A DNA stretch of 60,986 nucleotides, filler included, from Syncephalis fuscata S228 (Eukaryota; Fungi; Zoopagomycota), in NCBI GenBank assembly GCA_025786725.1. It is 3 parts of 3 records of this genome, joined end to end, with 100 filler letters (N's around TTAATTAATTAA, not from the genome) between each part and the next. Parts side by side here need not be neighbours in the genome. Positions count along the whole stretch, not along the records: positions 27,277 to 54,142 come from JAHLTZ010000108.1; positions 54,243 to 60,986 come from JAHLTZ010000326.1; 1 more part is not named here. One strand, 5' to 3'. Below are positions 39,630 through 56,234 of the stretch, piece after piece. Numbering within the stretch: position 1 is the first letter of the stretch; the number at the start of each line of letters is the position of its first letter. Position numbers and translations under genes: made by a program. The notes beneath the pieces were generated by a model, which was not told where the DNA came from, did not search any database, and saw nothing but the letters and a program-made list of their open reading frames with translations.

Positions 39630-40519
39630 ATTACAAGATAACATTAATGATTTATATCTAGTAAATAAACATTTCATCTATATGGATTATTAAAACGTCT
39701 ATAACAATGATAGTGATAATGACGATGTCACATTAATAAATTATGCTTATTTTATTTTGGTATAACAAATGCTAATTTTAATACTAATGTTACAGCGATT
39801 AAAAACAATGTTATTAATTTCTTCTATTTTTATTCTCATTAGATACATATCGCCTGACAGCCAAGATTCTATTTTAACCATTTGTTTAATATTCTACTTT
39901 TCTTTTGTATAATATATAGTAGGTAGTAATTTTAACCAATTAATAAACAATACTCAAAACATTTTTTGTTTTGGCATTTAGAGCAAATTGTGCTTATTTA
40001 ATCGTTCTAAATATTCCCTTTGGTTTACCTTTATCAGCAAATATTTAATATTAATGTATACTTTATTCGTTGCTTTGCTTATTATATTTTATTAAGCCAA
40101 ATATAATGCCTATAAACAAAATTACAAAAAATATTTCTATTTAATAATTAAAGATCGATTAGTGCACAGACCCACCTCACACACATGCATTCTTGTAATA
40201 GCTAAATGAATAAGCAAATGCATTATATTTATCTATGTTATCAGCAATCTGTAGATTGTTGAAAAAAGGCCTTTAATGCTTTTTCTGTACTTTTCATGTA
40301 CATGTGTGTATCACAACATGTTTTTCCATTACTTTCATCCATTGTGACTATTCTTGTTCAAAGTTGCTTCATTACCATTGATTGGTACCATTCCTGTTTT
40401 CCCTCAATCATCATCATCAAAGTAACTAAATAAATAGCATACTTTCAAATTTACTGTGTCCTCACATAGCATCTTGTACTGTTTCCATTTTACTACTATA
40501 TTGTTTAACCGACTTAACC

Positions 40520-41778
40520 ATGACTGTTTCTGCCGCATTACCCATTATTGACTTCCAAACGATATTAGATCCTAATGCGGATCCAATAGCTCGCAAGAAA
40601 ACAATTAAACAAATCGATACTGCAGCTCGTCAATATGGGTAAGTGTAGCTATATTGTGCAAAACTGTTGGATGAAATATAAATAGAGCTGTATGTATGTA
40701 CATAACCTAATGGTGTTTACTAGGTTTTTTATCTTATCAATCATGGTATACCAAAACAAGTCCACGATGAAATGCGCAAACAAACAAAGTTATTTTTTGC
40801 AAAATCCCGTGCTGAAAAAGAAGCATATGGTCAATATGGAGCTGTACGTGGCTATCACGCCTACACAAATGGCGATATGCTACAGGACAATCTACAACAT
40901 GAGACAATGATGTTTGTCCAATCACTTAGCCATCTTCGTAACGGTAAACCTTTAAATCAAAATAACGACAATACAGCACTTGATGGAGCTGATGTTTTTG
41001 GGCCACAAATGACACTTAATAATGAACCATTGGCCGAAATAGCTCATGTATATCGCGAAGCCACTTTAAAGCTTGGTCGACAGATGATAAGTGTAATAGC
41101 CACCGCTTTAGGATCAACCAACTCCGATTTTGAATGGTTAAACGATCCATATAGCGTTCTTAAACTCAATTACTATCCGTCATGCGAACAAGTAACAAAT
41201 GAACGGAACGTAGGCATGAGAGAACATACCGATATTGGGTAGGCAACAGCTATAATCAAATAATGACGTGTTACTAATAGAAATAATGGCTTAATACTAA
41301 TGATATTAATAATAAATAGTATGTTGACTTTTCTTGATCAGGTAAGAAAAGTATATATTTATTTAAAAATACTTATTACAGTTGATTAGGACTCTGATAT
41401 TACATCGCTTGAAATAAAAACTATTGATGGTGAATGGCAGTTTGTTGAGCCGGTGCCGAATAGTTTTATTGTTAATTTAGGCGATATGATGCCCGTAAGT
41501 AACTAACTATATATTACCTATAGTATTGCTATATTTATACTATCAAATAGCCATGGTCGAACGGTCAATACCGATCGGCGACGCATCGTGTAACGCATAG
41601 TCATAGTCGCCATCGACATTCCATCGCTTCTTTCTTTGATCCACAATTTGGTGCATTTGTGCCAACACTTAAGGAAGCAGTACCTACTGGTGAAGAACCA
41701 CGCTATCCTCCCAATTGCTACGGTGATAATGTACTTGAAAAAATACATAGTTTCTACAAGTTTGACGAAAATGCATAA
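40520..41778 (+). CDS. 2-oxoglutarate/Fe(II) dioxygenase, tandem copy 2
   Basis: Same exon structure and motifs as copy 1. The duplication includes ~430 nt of upstream DNA (period ~2.12 kb). Confidence 0.9.
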
Positions 41779-41892
41779 ATCACACAATAGTGCTAATGAT
41801 TTATAGCTAATAAAAATCGTATCATTTACACTAATCATTAAAACATTTATAATAATAATAAAATGGTAATAATAAAATAATAATAGTGCTAT

Positions 41893-43343
41893 TTATAATG
41901 TAGATGACGGTGAATTAACAAGTATAACCTGCTTCTTTCCAGCCATACTGGTACCAGCCCGTTCAATTTGAGTTAGAAAGGTTAACAATGATGCCTTTGT
42001 ATCTACTTCACCGCCCCATGGCGTCGTCTCAGCTTGTGGTCCCATCAATTGACCATTACGTAACATATTAATCAGTTCATGAATCATCGCTTTTTTGTCC
42101 TTAGAACGACCTGCAGCACGCTCCTCAGTCCAACGTGACATCCAATAACCACGAGCAATCAAGTCCTTAAAGATAAAAAGTGATGCTGGTAAAGTAAGTG
42201 GTTGACGGGCCATGGCACCATAAGTGACAATAGTGCCACCCTGTCTAAATAGCAAAAATATTACTAAATTACTGGTTCAATTTATATACACTTACCCAAG
42301 TAGCCGTGCAAGATTAAGTGCCGACTTGCCACTTACACAATTAAGGGCAAGTCGCGGCCCAGTCTTAGATGCTTCATTTAACCATTGCCGCGTTTCATCA
42401 CTACGCATTTCTGTGTCACGCACAACCAAATCGGCACCCATGGTACGTAGCTCATTTGCTAATTGCTCAAAGTCCGGACTATAAGCATGGTAGAGATAAA
42501 CAATACATTAACCACTGTTATTAACAATATCTATTTAACACTGACCGATCGCGCACAACATTCATAGTACGTAAGCCCCAGGTCCGTGCTATTTGAATAA
42601 CTGCCTGTCCAACTGCGCTGTTGGCACCATTCTGCAACACAACCTCACCTGATAGCATGAACTTTTATAAATACGTGATATAAACTCAGCGCTAATCATC
42701 TTTGTAATATTACTTACCCGGCTGTAGATTAACAAAATCTTTTAACATGCGATAGGCCGTACATGGATTCACCGATAGTGTTGCGCTTGTAATGGTGTTA
42801 TACCTTCATGCGGTATTTTTTCAACTTGTTCCATATCTGCAACAATATCCGTTCGCCATGTTCCTAATAAACACAAATTAATAAACCATAATAGCATACA
42901 ACTAATAGTTATCTAACGCACTATATACATATAGGACTACTTACCGAATGCTGGTCTTGCTGGAAGAACCCAGTCGCCTACTTTAAAAGCCGACGCTGCC
43001 TCTGTACCAGTAGCCACTACTTGTGCCACACCTTCATTGCCACCCACGCGTAACGGCTGGTCAGGCAGTTGATGTGCACTAATTGGATAAACGCCCTCAA
43101 TCTGATTAACATCAGCCGGATTAATAGGAAAGGCCAGCATTTTTACATGGACCGAGCGTGCAGTAAGTGGTGGTAACGGCAAGTCCCTTACACTAACGCG
43201 TAACACCATCAATATTGACACAGACTACATAGAACAACATACCCAAGTACCTGAGAAGGCGAGCCTGTTTGTTCAAAAACAATACATCGCGATAGTGTAC
43301 TGTGTAGACGTCGCTGTGCTCCTCGCCACCGAAGAAACAACAT
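41893..43343 (-). CDS. ETR1: Mitochondrial trans-2-enoyl-ACP/CoA reductase (MECR)
   Basis: [56 protein letters not shown] and [10 protein letters not shown]; Arg-rich presequence. Confidence 0.93.
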
Positions 43344-43416
43344 AGTGCTGTTGTTGTTGTTAATCAGAAATAGAAATGGAAATAATTCTTAATCTATTTG
43401 AATTCACGAATACACT

Positions 43417-46343
<2,927 letters not shown>

Positions 46344-46376
46344 TAATACATTAATAAAATAAACATAAATAATTAC

Positions 46377-46411
<35 letters not shown>

Positions 46412-46461
46412 AATAGTATTTTATTTGATAATGTAGTTGTTGTTGTTGTTGTTGTTATTCA

Positions 46462-47869
46462 TTACAACTTGGCCTTGGCCGATTCAGCAGCCAATGAAGC
46501 TTCCATAACACGAGCCATATCATCGGCAGCTTCCGATAAATAGTGGGCCAATTGTTTACTACCTAGCTGCATACTGGTTACGTTAAAGTGCAAGCTATTA
46601 TTTTTGATCATATAGGCCACGCCAAAACCATCGGGTACAACCTCGCCCCAACCATAACCGTCAAAGTATTCACTTGTTAATTGAGAGGTTGATAAGTACC
46701 AGTGACACGATTCAGAATAGGCAGGATCGGTGAATATTTCCGGTTTTTGTTCATTAGAATTAAGAAGCATGCGCAAACCTATATAAATTTATAATTAATT
46801 AATTAATACTGCGCCTATTATAGATATAAATAGTAAATAACTAACCGAATAGATGACGGTCAACACCTTGTCCTTCAACAGCGTCTGACATATACTTGAC
46901 GTGTGAAGTGATTGCTTGACGTAAGGTAGCAGCCTTCTTCTCCGACTAATTTAATAATATTAATAAAAGTCTTTGAATAAATAATAACAACTTACGGGAG
47001 TAGAGGATCTTCCATGGCTTTAACAAAGGCAATCGAGTCGCTTGATACAGTACGGCAGGTTTCAGTACGACCATGCTTGAATTTACGTGTCTGAGCCGAT
47101 TCGTAAGTGGGACGACTTACACCGTATTTCTTATAATAGGCCAATTGAATCACCATTTGCACATAAGCATCAGGTGACATACGGAATCGTTTAATCAAAT
47201 TCTTGCCATAAGTAGAATAGGCCAATACGGACAATTCATGCTTGCCAACTAATTGGTCAAAGTTCTTTTCGGCCGTATTAATTGATTGCAATGTTTTGTC
47301 ATCAAGTTCAAAATCAAGACGAGTTGGAGCGGGTAAACTGGTATTTGGCGTTGAACTGCCATGATTTACTTGATTTTTAGCAAGTCTATAATAAATATAG
47401 TTATATAAATATACACATGTATTAACATATTAAACTACTTTCACATACCGGTCACATACAATATCGTTCAAACGACTAAGTGGTGTGCCATCAACACTTG
47501 AGTGCTAAATAGCTATTAGTTAATTTATTTATTATATATTTACTTCAACCTACCTCTATAATCACACCGGCTTTACCGTTTTCAAATACTACATATTGTA
47601 GTGATTTATCGAAATAGCGGTTACGGCCATCACCATGCCAGCAAGCAGTGCTTACTTCATCACGTGTTACCGGTGCCGTGTCATCAAGACAGAGTAAGAA
47701 TACTGAGCTCTCAAGCTTCTTTAATAGTTTCTCATTTTCAGGCGATACAGCTAGCAAGTGTTGACGGACATCAGTCCAGGTATCACGATGTTCTGTTGTC
47801 AATGCACCAATAGCATGGGCTTTGCGACTACCGGCTTGAGAAATGATACGGTTCAGTTGTCTGTATACA

Positions 47870-47916
<47 letters not shown>

Positions 47917-48933
47917 CAATTATTAGTTAATAAACATATATTAATACAAATACCCATTTGCTTGTTACTTACAGTTCAATATCGGCTGTAGATAGTCGTT
48001 TACCATTCTGTACAAGATCAAATACAAATACTTGATTTTTACGCATTACTGCCAAATGTTGGTGCGTATTTGGATCAAAGGTAAGCTGTTTATCCGATGG
48101 CTTAACTGGATAACGACATGCATTAAAGATGTTATGGTAGGCAAGACTGCAAAGAGGGCTCTTTTTAGTATATTCTGGCTCTAATGTTTCTCTATAGTCA
48201 TATTAAGCAATCTGTACTTACAATGATTGTAACTAATACACTTACGATACCACTTGTTCTCTAAAGTCCATAGCGGCTGTTACAATGCTAGCCGCACGCA
48301 ATGCTTGCGTACGACGAAGACGATCATCCTGGAAGGCGAAAAAGAAGCTAACATTGACGACAATAGGATCACGATAGCCCATGTAAGCAACTTCATTCCA
48401 CCATTCTTCTAGCCAGTTATCAACCTTGGTATCGGCAGCACGCTCTTGTAAGCGCTTCTGTAGATGTTCACCTATACCACCGGGTTGTTGGAACTGCTGA
48501 ACCACCGATTCTGTACGGGCAAATGCAGCATCATCAAGCAATGGACGAACACTGCGTAGATACTTGGCACATGTTTCCTTCAAGTCCGGCACAGGTAGGT
48601 GAGGCAATTTATCCTGGAAAGCATAGAGTGGACGAGTCATATCTGATATAGTATTCTTGGTGGTGGTTATTGGGTGGTTGGCCGAGACAGCTGAACTAGT
48701 ACCGTTAGGAGCCTGAGAAGGTGAACTTGTAGAGATTGAATAAGAAGCAGCGGCAAAAGAAGGACGGCCCAATACTTTGGAACTTGTCTATATTGTTTAT
48801 TGAACAACAAGGTAAGTGTCCGTTAGTATGCCAAGTAACAAAGCTTCTCTCCAAGACTTACCACCAAACGAGAGACGGGCGAACGAGACTGAAGCGACAA
48901 CGACCGACTAGCACGAAATGCGGAACTTAACAT
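46462..48933 (-). CDS. CAT2: Carnitine O-acetyltransferase with mitochondrial presequence and PTS1
   Basis: LPHLPVPDL, NWLEEWW, NRYFDKSLQ, EHSSVDG (catalytic His), SPDAYVQMVIQLA, TYESAQTRKFKHGRTE, LSTSQL and C-terminal AKL. Confidence 0.95.
47864..47916. repeat. (TACA)n(TA)n microsatellite in a CAT2 intron
   Basis: Directly visible. Confidence 0.9.
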
Positions 48934-49503
48934 GAAGATAGACGGCAGCGCCCACAAAGCAGCAGCTTAAAAAGAAATAATCAAATAAAGGCGAATAAGA
49001 GAATGAGAGTGAGTAAGAGAGAGAGACACACACGTAAGTAGACGCACACGCACACACCGACTGAGTTCAGTTGTTGTTACACGTGAGTAATTGTAACAAG
49101 AAGTGTTGTTGTTGTTAATAAACCGTGAAAGTAGATTTAATAGATAAATATCGATTACTTATTACAAAATACCCAAAATATATTTATATTTATACATATT
49201 TATACACACGTCTTTATTGATTGATTGATTGATTGATTAACAACAACAACAACACTAGGTAAAAGAAAAAACACATACCCAACAGCGGAGAAATTCAAGC
49301 CGATCTGTATCCGATATACGTCATTTCCCACGTTTATCCTTTTATTTATCTTGTAACAACAGTACACGACAAGTCGGCCGGTGTATTTGTATAAGCGTAC
49401 ACAGAGAAAGAACAAGCTATTACTGATAACCAGTGTGAATCTCATTTACCTACTCATTCACGTATTCATTCACGTACTTGCACCAATAATAGCAATAGTA
49501 TTA

Positions 49504-50361
49504 ATGTCTTCGGCTAAACAGACTCTCCCGTCGTATAAGCGTAAGCGACAAGGTAACGATAAACCAAAGACATCACGTCCCAAGTATCTACAAGCATTAG
49601 TAGAAGAGTATAAAACCACAGATAATCAAGGTAAGTTAATTAATTAAATAGATAATAGATATATATCCATATAGATATATACTTATAATTTTATGCTATT
49701 TAGAAGCAAAACGACAAGTATTGGCCAATCTTGCCAATTTTGCTTATGATCCTTGTAATTATCAATGGCTACGAGAATTAAACGTTATTCAACTATTTCT
49801 AGGTAAGAGGGTAATTAGTATATTGAATTATCATTCAATTAATTCAATTATAACCATCTACATTTATTTGTTAATAGATGCAATAACCAATGAAGTAACT
49901 ACTGGAACGACAGTAATTGATGATTTTAAAACATTTGGTATTGGTGGTTTATGCAATCTAGTATTAGGTAATATTAGTCATATTATTGAAATATTAACTA
50001 AAATAACTATACATTTATTATTAGATCCTGGTTATAGTCATGATTTACTGTTTAGTAAAGATACGTTAACAATAATATGTAATTGTTTAAATAGTCTTCA
50101 ACCAGATATAGTTTGTTCAGCCCTTACTACACTTTTACAACTATTATCATTAAATAATATTCCATCTACTGGTAAGTTATTAGCAATGTATACATATACA
50201 TACATATATATATATTATAACTAATATAATTAATATAATTAATACGTATAGCTGTAATAATTATAAAAGAAAAAAGTACAACTCATCTCGATCAATTAAT
50301 TCACTCCACCAATCGATGCATATCTAATTTGGCTATTTTATTAAAAGAACACTTGGTATAA
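49504..50361 (+). CDS. ARMC7: Armadillo repeat-containing protein 7
   Basis: [12 protein letters not shown]...[34 protein letters not shown]...FGIGGLCNL matches the ARMC7 signature; introns are canonical. Confidence 0.88.
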
Positions 50362-51096
50362 TAGTTTATTAGTATTAATATTAATATTATCTAAATAATA
50401 AATATGTATATATTTATATCTATATCTATAATTCAACTATTAATAAATAATTAATTAAATACTATTTATATAAGTGTACAATATTTAATTACTGTAATAA
50501 TTACCATAACACTAATGTCAACACCAAAACAATAATAACCATAATAACAACAATTATAATTTACCACACATTCAGATTGTCATCGTAGCTTCTTTTTGTT
50601 TGAACGATTCTATTGCCAATACAAGTATATAGCCACACCTACACTCCACCGTTTCTTATTACAAGTACAGAGACGGTCACGTATTGGTTTCTATGCTTTA
50701 TTGATTGCGCATACTCTAGTAGTTGAATCGTGACGAGTGAGTGAATGAGAGAGAGTGAGAGAACAAACGTAAGTATACGTGACAGAACAACTGTATTTGC
50801 GTGTATTTGTGTGTGTATACATACGTTCTAGTCTTCGTATATACAAACGTGAACGTGTATATCCATTGTCGGTAGAACAACGCGTACTGACCCTTTTATC
50901 AATAGCAATACCCAACCATAACAATAACCATAGTAGTAACAGTTTATTTCATCGGCTATTGTGCATCTTTATATATACTAATCAAGCAGCATACACTGGT
51001 ATTTGCTTTAACGGCTATACATACGTGTATACGCGTATTAAATAATCCACTTCAACAAAGTAAATATAAGAGAAGCGACTGTTACCATATTAAAGT

Positions 51097-54000
51097 ATGC
51101 GGATGACAACGCCATTCACCGATCAGCGGTCAGCTATTCATCGTCCAAGTATTCCTACCAATAGATACTGGCTTAATAGTAGATTATACGCTACTGCTCA
51201 AGAACTGAACAAACACCAGAAATGGCGTCTATATTTATCACCACAAGAACTCTGTATTCTACAGACGGCATTAACTAATCGAGAACATTGGGATGCTTTA
51301 ATGCACTTTACACTATCATCATCTATACTCGAATCATCTATTAAAGCAACACCGGCTATTATTGAGTAGTACAGTAGAAGCAGTAGAAGCAGTAGTAATA
51401 ACAACAGATACTGAACAACATGTGTGCCAATAACCAATGATGAATTAGCTTCTACGCATGTTGATCAACCTGAATCAACACCGAATATACAACCAGTGAC
51501 TTTAGAGAAGAAAGAACAAAAAGATTTGAATATATCGATGATTGCCACTGCTTGTAGAGTTCGACAAGTGTTATTTGATCAAATGATATCAGAGATTATG
51601 CCATCTTATACATGTTGTGAGCCTATTGTACCACCACCTTTTCATTTATTAGGATCTGAATTAGATGAAAAAGAAGAGGAAGAGGAAGAAGAGACATCAG
51701 AATTACCAGTAGTACCTCCTCAACCTCGATTAAGATTGCTGATGAAGATTTTGACTTTGATGAAGAGGAAGAAGAAGAAGGAGGAGGAGGAGGAACAAAA
51801 GCAAATGGAGAAGAGAATAAGCCAGAGATAAATAAGCAAATTCATCTAATCTAGAAACTGAAGCGAAGAAAGAGGATACAAAAGAGCCATTGGCTAAACA
51901 AGATAAAGATTTAGTATTGGATAGTGAACGTCCTTATTATCGTTATTTTTTTACCTTTGAAGAAGATGCTCAAGCATCTAGAAAAATAGAACAAGAAGAA
52001 CTGTTATTAGTAAGTCATTAGTATATATATATATATATATAGAACATTGATAGACGTATAACCTATAAACATGTATTATTAGAAACAACAACAAAAACAG
52101 CAACAGTTATTAGAACGATCACCAAGTTTATTAGATGAATTACCAGATATTGATGTAGATGAATTTCAAGTGATTAGAGCAGATTCTGTAGAAGCTATGA
52201 ATGATGCACACTCAGATACACATCATACGGTAATTGGATTAATTAGATTAATAGCAATATTGATATTCATATTTATAATATGAATTAATTAGAGTAAATT
52301 AATGGCGATATTTGGCACAGTAGGCATTGCGAATATGACCGTAAGTGTCAATTAATATATCAATATACTAATATATTGATATAATAATGCATTAATACGT
52401 CATTTAACTATTTAATAGCACTTACTCACCTCTATCGAATCACATCGAGATAATATTCCTTTTACGGATAATGAACTGCGATCTATTCTACGTGATGTAC
52501 GTCCCCGTCGATCTAAATGGGCCAGTGATGACCGTGTCAATCAAGAAGAGTTATATGATGCATTTGAACATGTTATCGAGTAAGTTTACAAGTTACAAAG
52601 TTGAATGTAGTTATTAATAGTGTTAGTAGCCTCATTCGGTTCCATTTCTTACTAAAGTAAGTCGACGAGATGCACCAGATTACTATCAAGGTAAATATAA
52701 ATATAAATATAAATATTATATGTATATATATGTATATTTAATATGTTATAGTAATTACACATCCTATGGATTTGGGAACCATGACCAAAAAGTTAAAAGA
52801 AATCAAATATCAAAGTAAACAAGAATTTATGGATGATGTAATGTTGATTTACAAGAATTGTATCGATTATAACACGGAACCGGTAAATATATTGTTATGT
52901 TATTTATACGTATATCTCTAATGACTCGTATTTATAATGTATATGTATTTATACTATATGTATATATGTATATAGGGAAATGTTTATCGTAAAAGTGCTC
53001 AAATGATGCAGAAAAAGACGGACCGACTAGCATTACTTATTCCAGATCTACAAATCAAAGATCGAGCTCAAGTAGAAGCAGAAGAAGAATTGGAGGAAAA
53101 CAATGATGTAACAGGTCCTTTAACCAATCATACGAATAATAACGATACTTTAGGTAATATATAACATATAATATAAACATATAACATATAACATATAAAT
53201 ATAACATTAAATTAATTAACATTAAATATAATAATCCTTTTAGTTAATATACCCGATTTAATAGGCACACCTGCATCACCTACACCACAACCACAATCTA
53301 CAGCATTAACACGTCCATTAATAGAAGACAATGTAGCAACATTGATATCACCATTAGGTATAGATGGAGGACAAGATATTGAAATGGCCCTTACACCCAA
53401 TGATATATCGACACCTATTAATGTCCTTATCATTCTGTATCAGTGGGTGGCAAGAGTGGAGGCAAGACAACAATGGATATGAATGGCATTGTTATAACAA
53501 GTGAATCGCCTAAATCAATTGGATTAACCCGACCGGTAGATATGACATTGGATACAGCAACCGATACACCCGTGTTACTTCATGATATGGGCACAAAGCG
53601 TATGATGGCCATAGAAATGGAATCATTATTGGAAGAACAAGCAGAAATGGAGACAGAAAGACTTGAAGATAATGAAATAATGAAGATAATGAGCGTATTG
53701 ATGAAGAGTTCAAGATAAGAAATAGGACCTATTGCCATCAGTTGAAGAAGATGTTATCACAACATCATGGCGGAATAGTACATTAGAGAAACGATCTCAA
53801 TTTGAAGTAAGATATATTGATAGTAATTATGACTATACTGATCTATATGGATTATTAGAGAAATAGACGACAAATAATACGTCGTCCATTTATGGAACAA
53901 ACTGTATTGACTCGAAGTGCTCAATCTATGGGACAATTTATGAAGTGGATTGAACATCATGATCAATCTAGTCATACTCCATTAACATCAACGACGAACG

Positions 54001-54142
54001 ATAATAATAATAACGATAATAATAATAACGATACTATTAATAATAATGATACGACTATTAATATTATTGATAATAACAATAACAACAACATCAATACTGT
54101 CGATACTAATAATAATAATAAATAACATTATAATAACATTAA
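51097..54142 (+). CDS. SPT7: SAGA subunit Spt7 (bromodomain), 3' truncated by contig end, with apparent indel errors
   Basis: RSKWASDDRVNQEELYDAFEHV followed by bromodomain HSVPFLTKVSRRDAPDYY..HPMDLGTMTKKL...DDVMLIYKNCIDYN. Confidence 0.85.
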
Positions 54143-54242
54143 NNNNNNNNNNNNNNNNNNNNNNNNNNNNNNNNNNNNNNNNNNNNTTAATTAATTAANN
54201 NNNNNNNNNNNNNNNNNNNNNNNNNNNNNNNNNNNNNNNNNN
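54143..54242. other. Artificial contig-joining linker (N44-TTAATTAATTAA-N44)
   Basis: Identical to the first linker. Confidence 0.95.
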
Positions 54243-54243
54243 A

Positions 54244-55184
54244 ACCGACAGATTGACCAACTAACAAATTAAATGACAGACAGACTAACTAACTGAACAA
54301 CTGAAGTATAGATAGTGTGAAGCATAGGTAGTTTAGGCCACCACATTTTAATATTTTTATTTTAGCACAATTTAGGATGAAGTATATATGTTTATATACA
54401 TAGATACAGCATCAACTAAGCAATGTTTTGCAAGTTATTTGAATGTACTAGCTTGTATATTGACGGACTTTTACTAGTGGGCCAATTTACGCAATATTTG
54501 AGTAAAAATGGCAATAATTAGCCGATAATTGCCCAGTAGACTAACTAACTGAATGATGGACTAAACAACGGAATAATTGACTAAGTATTTGAATAAAGGT
54601 ATAATTGACTAAGTAATTGAATAATAGACTAAATAATTGAATAATGATAAATAATTGAATAATTGACTAAATAATTGAATAGACTAAATAATTGAATAAT
54701 GACTAAATAATTGAATAATGATAATAATTGAATAATGTATAATTGAAGAATAGACTAAATAAGTGAATAATTGACTAAAGAGTAGAATAATAGACTAAAT
54801 GGTTGAATAATGGATAAAATGAACACAGCCACAACAAATGAACTTTAACAATGAATAACTCGATAAATATTAGCACAAATGACATGAGATAGGTGACAAT
54901 GAAACAGAATGAACAGGAGAATAAGAAACAACAATAAAACAGACAACGATTTTTTTATTTTTTTTGAAAATATTTTTGACAATTATTTGACAAAATTTAG
55001 GGCTAATGAAGATAGGGCTTGATAAAATAGGGCTAAAATAAGAAAAATAAGACAAAAATGAAAAATGAAGGAAAATGAACAAGAAGTTACAGAACAACTA
55101 TACGAGCGATAGCGAGTTAGAAAACAACAGAACAACGACAATAGAACAACAACAACAAGAGAAGAGAGAGAAACAAAAAGGGTT
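54244..55184 (+). repeat. Subtelomeric direct repeat of 59956-60972 (distal part of the preceding unit), including a GACTAAATAATTGAATAAT-type minisatellite
   Basis: 54244-~54585 matches 59956-~60295 and ~54875-55184 matches ~60650-60972; the minisatellite between them differs in length. Confidence 0.9.
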
Positions 55185-56234
55185 CTACCACTACGGGACC
55201 TAGTATTGGAGTTCGAAAAACGGTCACGCTAATGGCTTCATATTAGGAAGGTGCCACTCAAGCAGTAGTGCTGTGGCAATGTGCTGTGCAGATTGAGGCC
55301 AATATGAGTAAAATACAACGAGTAAAGTGACCATTACATAGATAAATACGTAAAAACAACGCTGGGGAAGCGAGTGATGCGTAAACTACGTAAAACAACA
55401 AAACAAACAAAATACGGTAGCTGAACTACGAGTAATGACCTGCAAGAACCATACTGACTGGTCATTAGCTGAAATTACTGCAATGACTGCAATGACTGCA
55501 CTAGAATAGGCCGAATTGACCCCCAGTAGCCAGTATACCATACACCAATCAACACACTATCATAATAAACAAATTATAGCAATAAATAAACAAATTTATT
55601 TGTATACTTATTATTTTTACCAATATTTGACCAATATTGCTATGATATGCATATACAATTCTGAATAAAAACAATAAATATTTACACATCGCATTTTATT
55701 GGCTTATTATAACCAGAATTGTCGTCTGAGTACGCAGAACCAATCGGATTTGCTGTATATTTTTTCGTTAATTTACTATTAATATTTTAGTGTGTCCAAT
55801 TGTGACTGCGTAAACACGGTAATTAGCGAAATGAGTGTAATGAGTGACCAATTCAACTATAAAGCTATGGTCAAATGGACAACGCCAATCGATAGAGTGT
55901 GGTCAATATACTGTATAACGATGTACAACGACATTATATATATAAAAGTGTACAGCATAAACAGAATGTGAATAATGCAAGTAAATGGAAGATATATGCA
56001 TATTGGACAATACATTTACAACAATGAGTATTTGATGATTGACGTCACTTACCATCCACCATCATGTTCAATACATTGAATGTGCAGTTCAACTACGCGA
56101 ATGTTATCAATATAGTCATTTGACACCCAAATCATAATATAATCTAATGATTTGATAATTTAATAAAAATGATTATTCAATAAAATAAACGTTTAGTTTG
56201 ACTGGGCGAGTGCTGTCAAACAAGTCAATTGGCA

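Noticed and set aside
55181-55205. Helitron 3' end (GGTTC...GGACC hairpin then CTAG-T)
   Set aside because: The stem is weak and abuts the CTAG with no spacer; no Rep/helicase or matching 5' TC end was identified.
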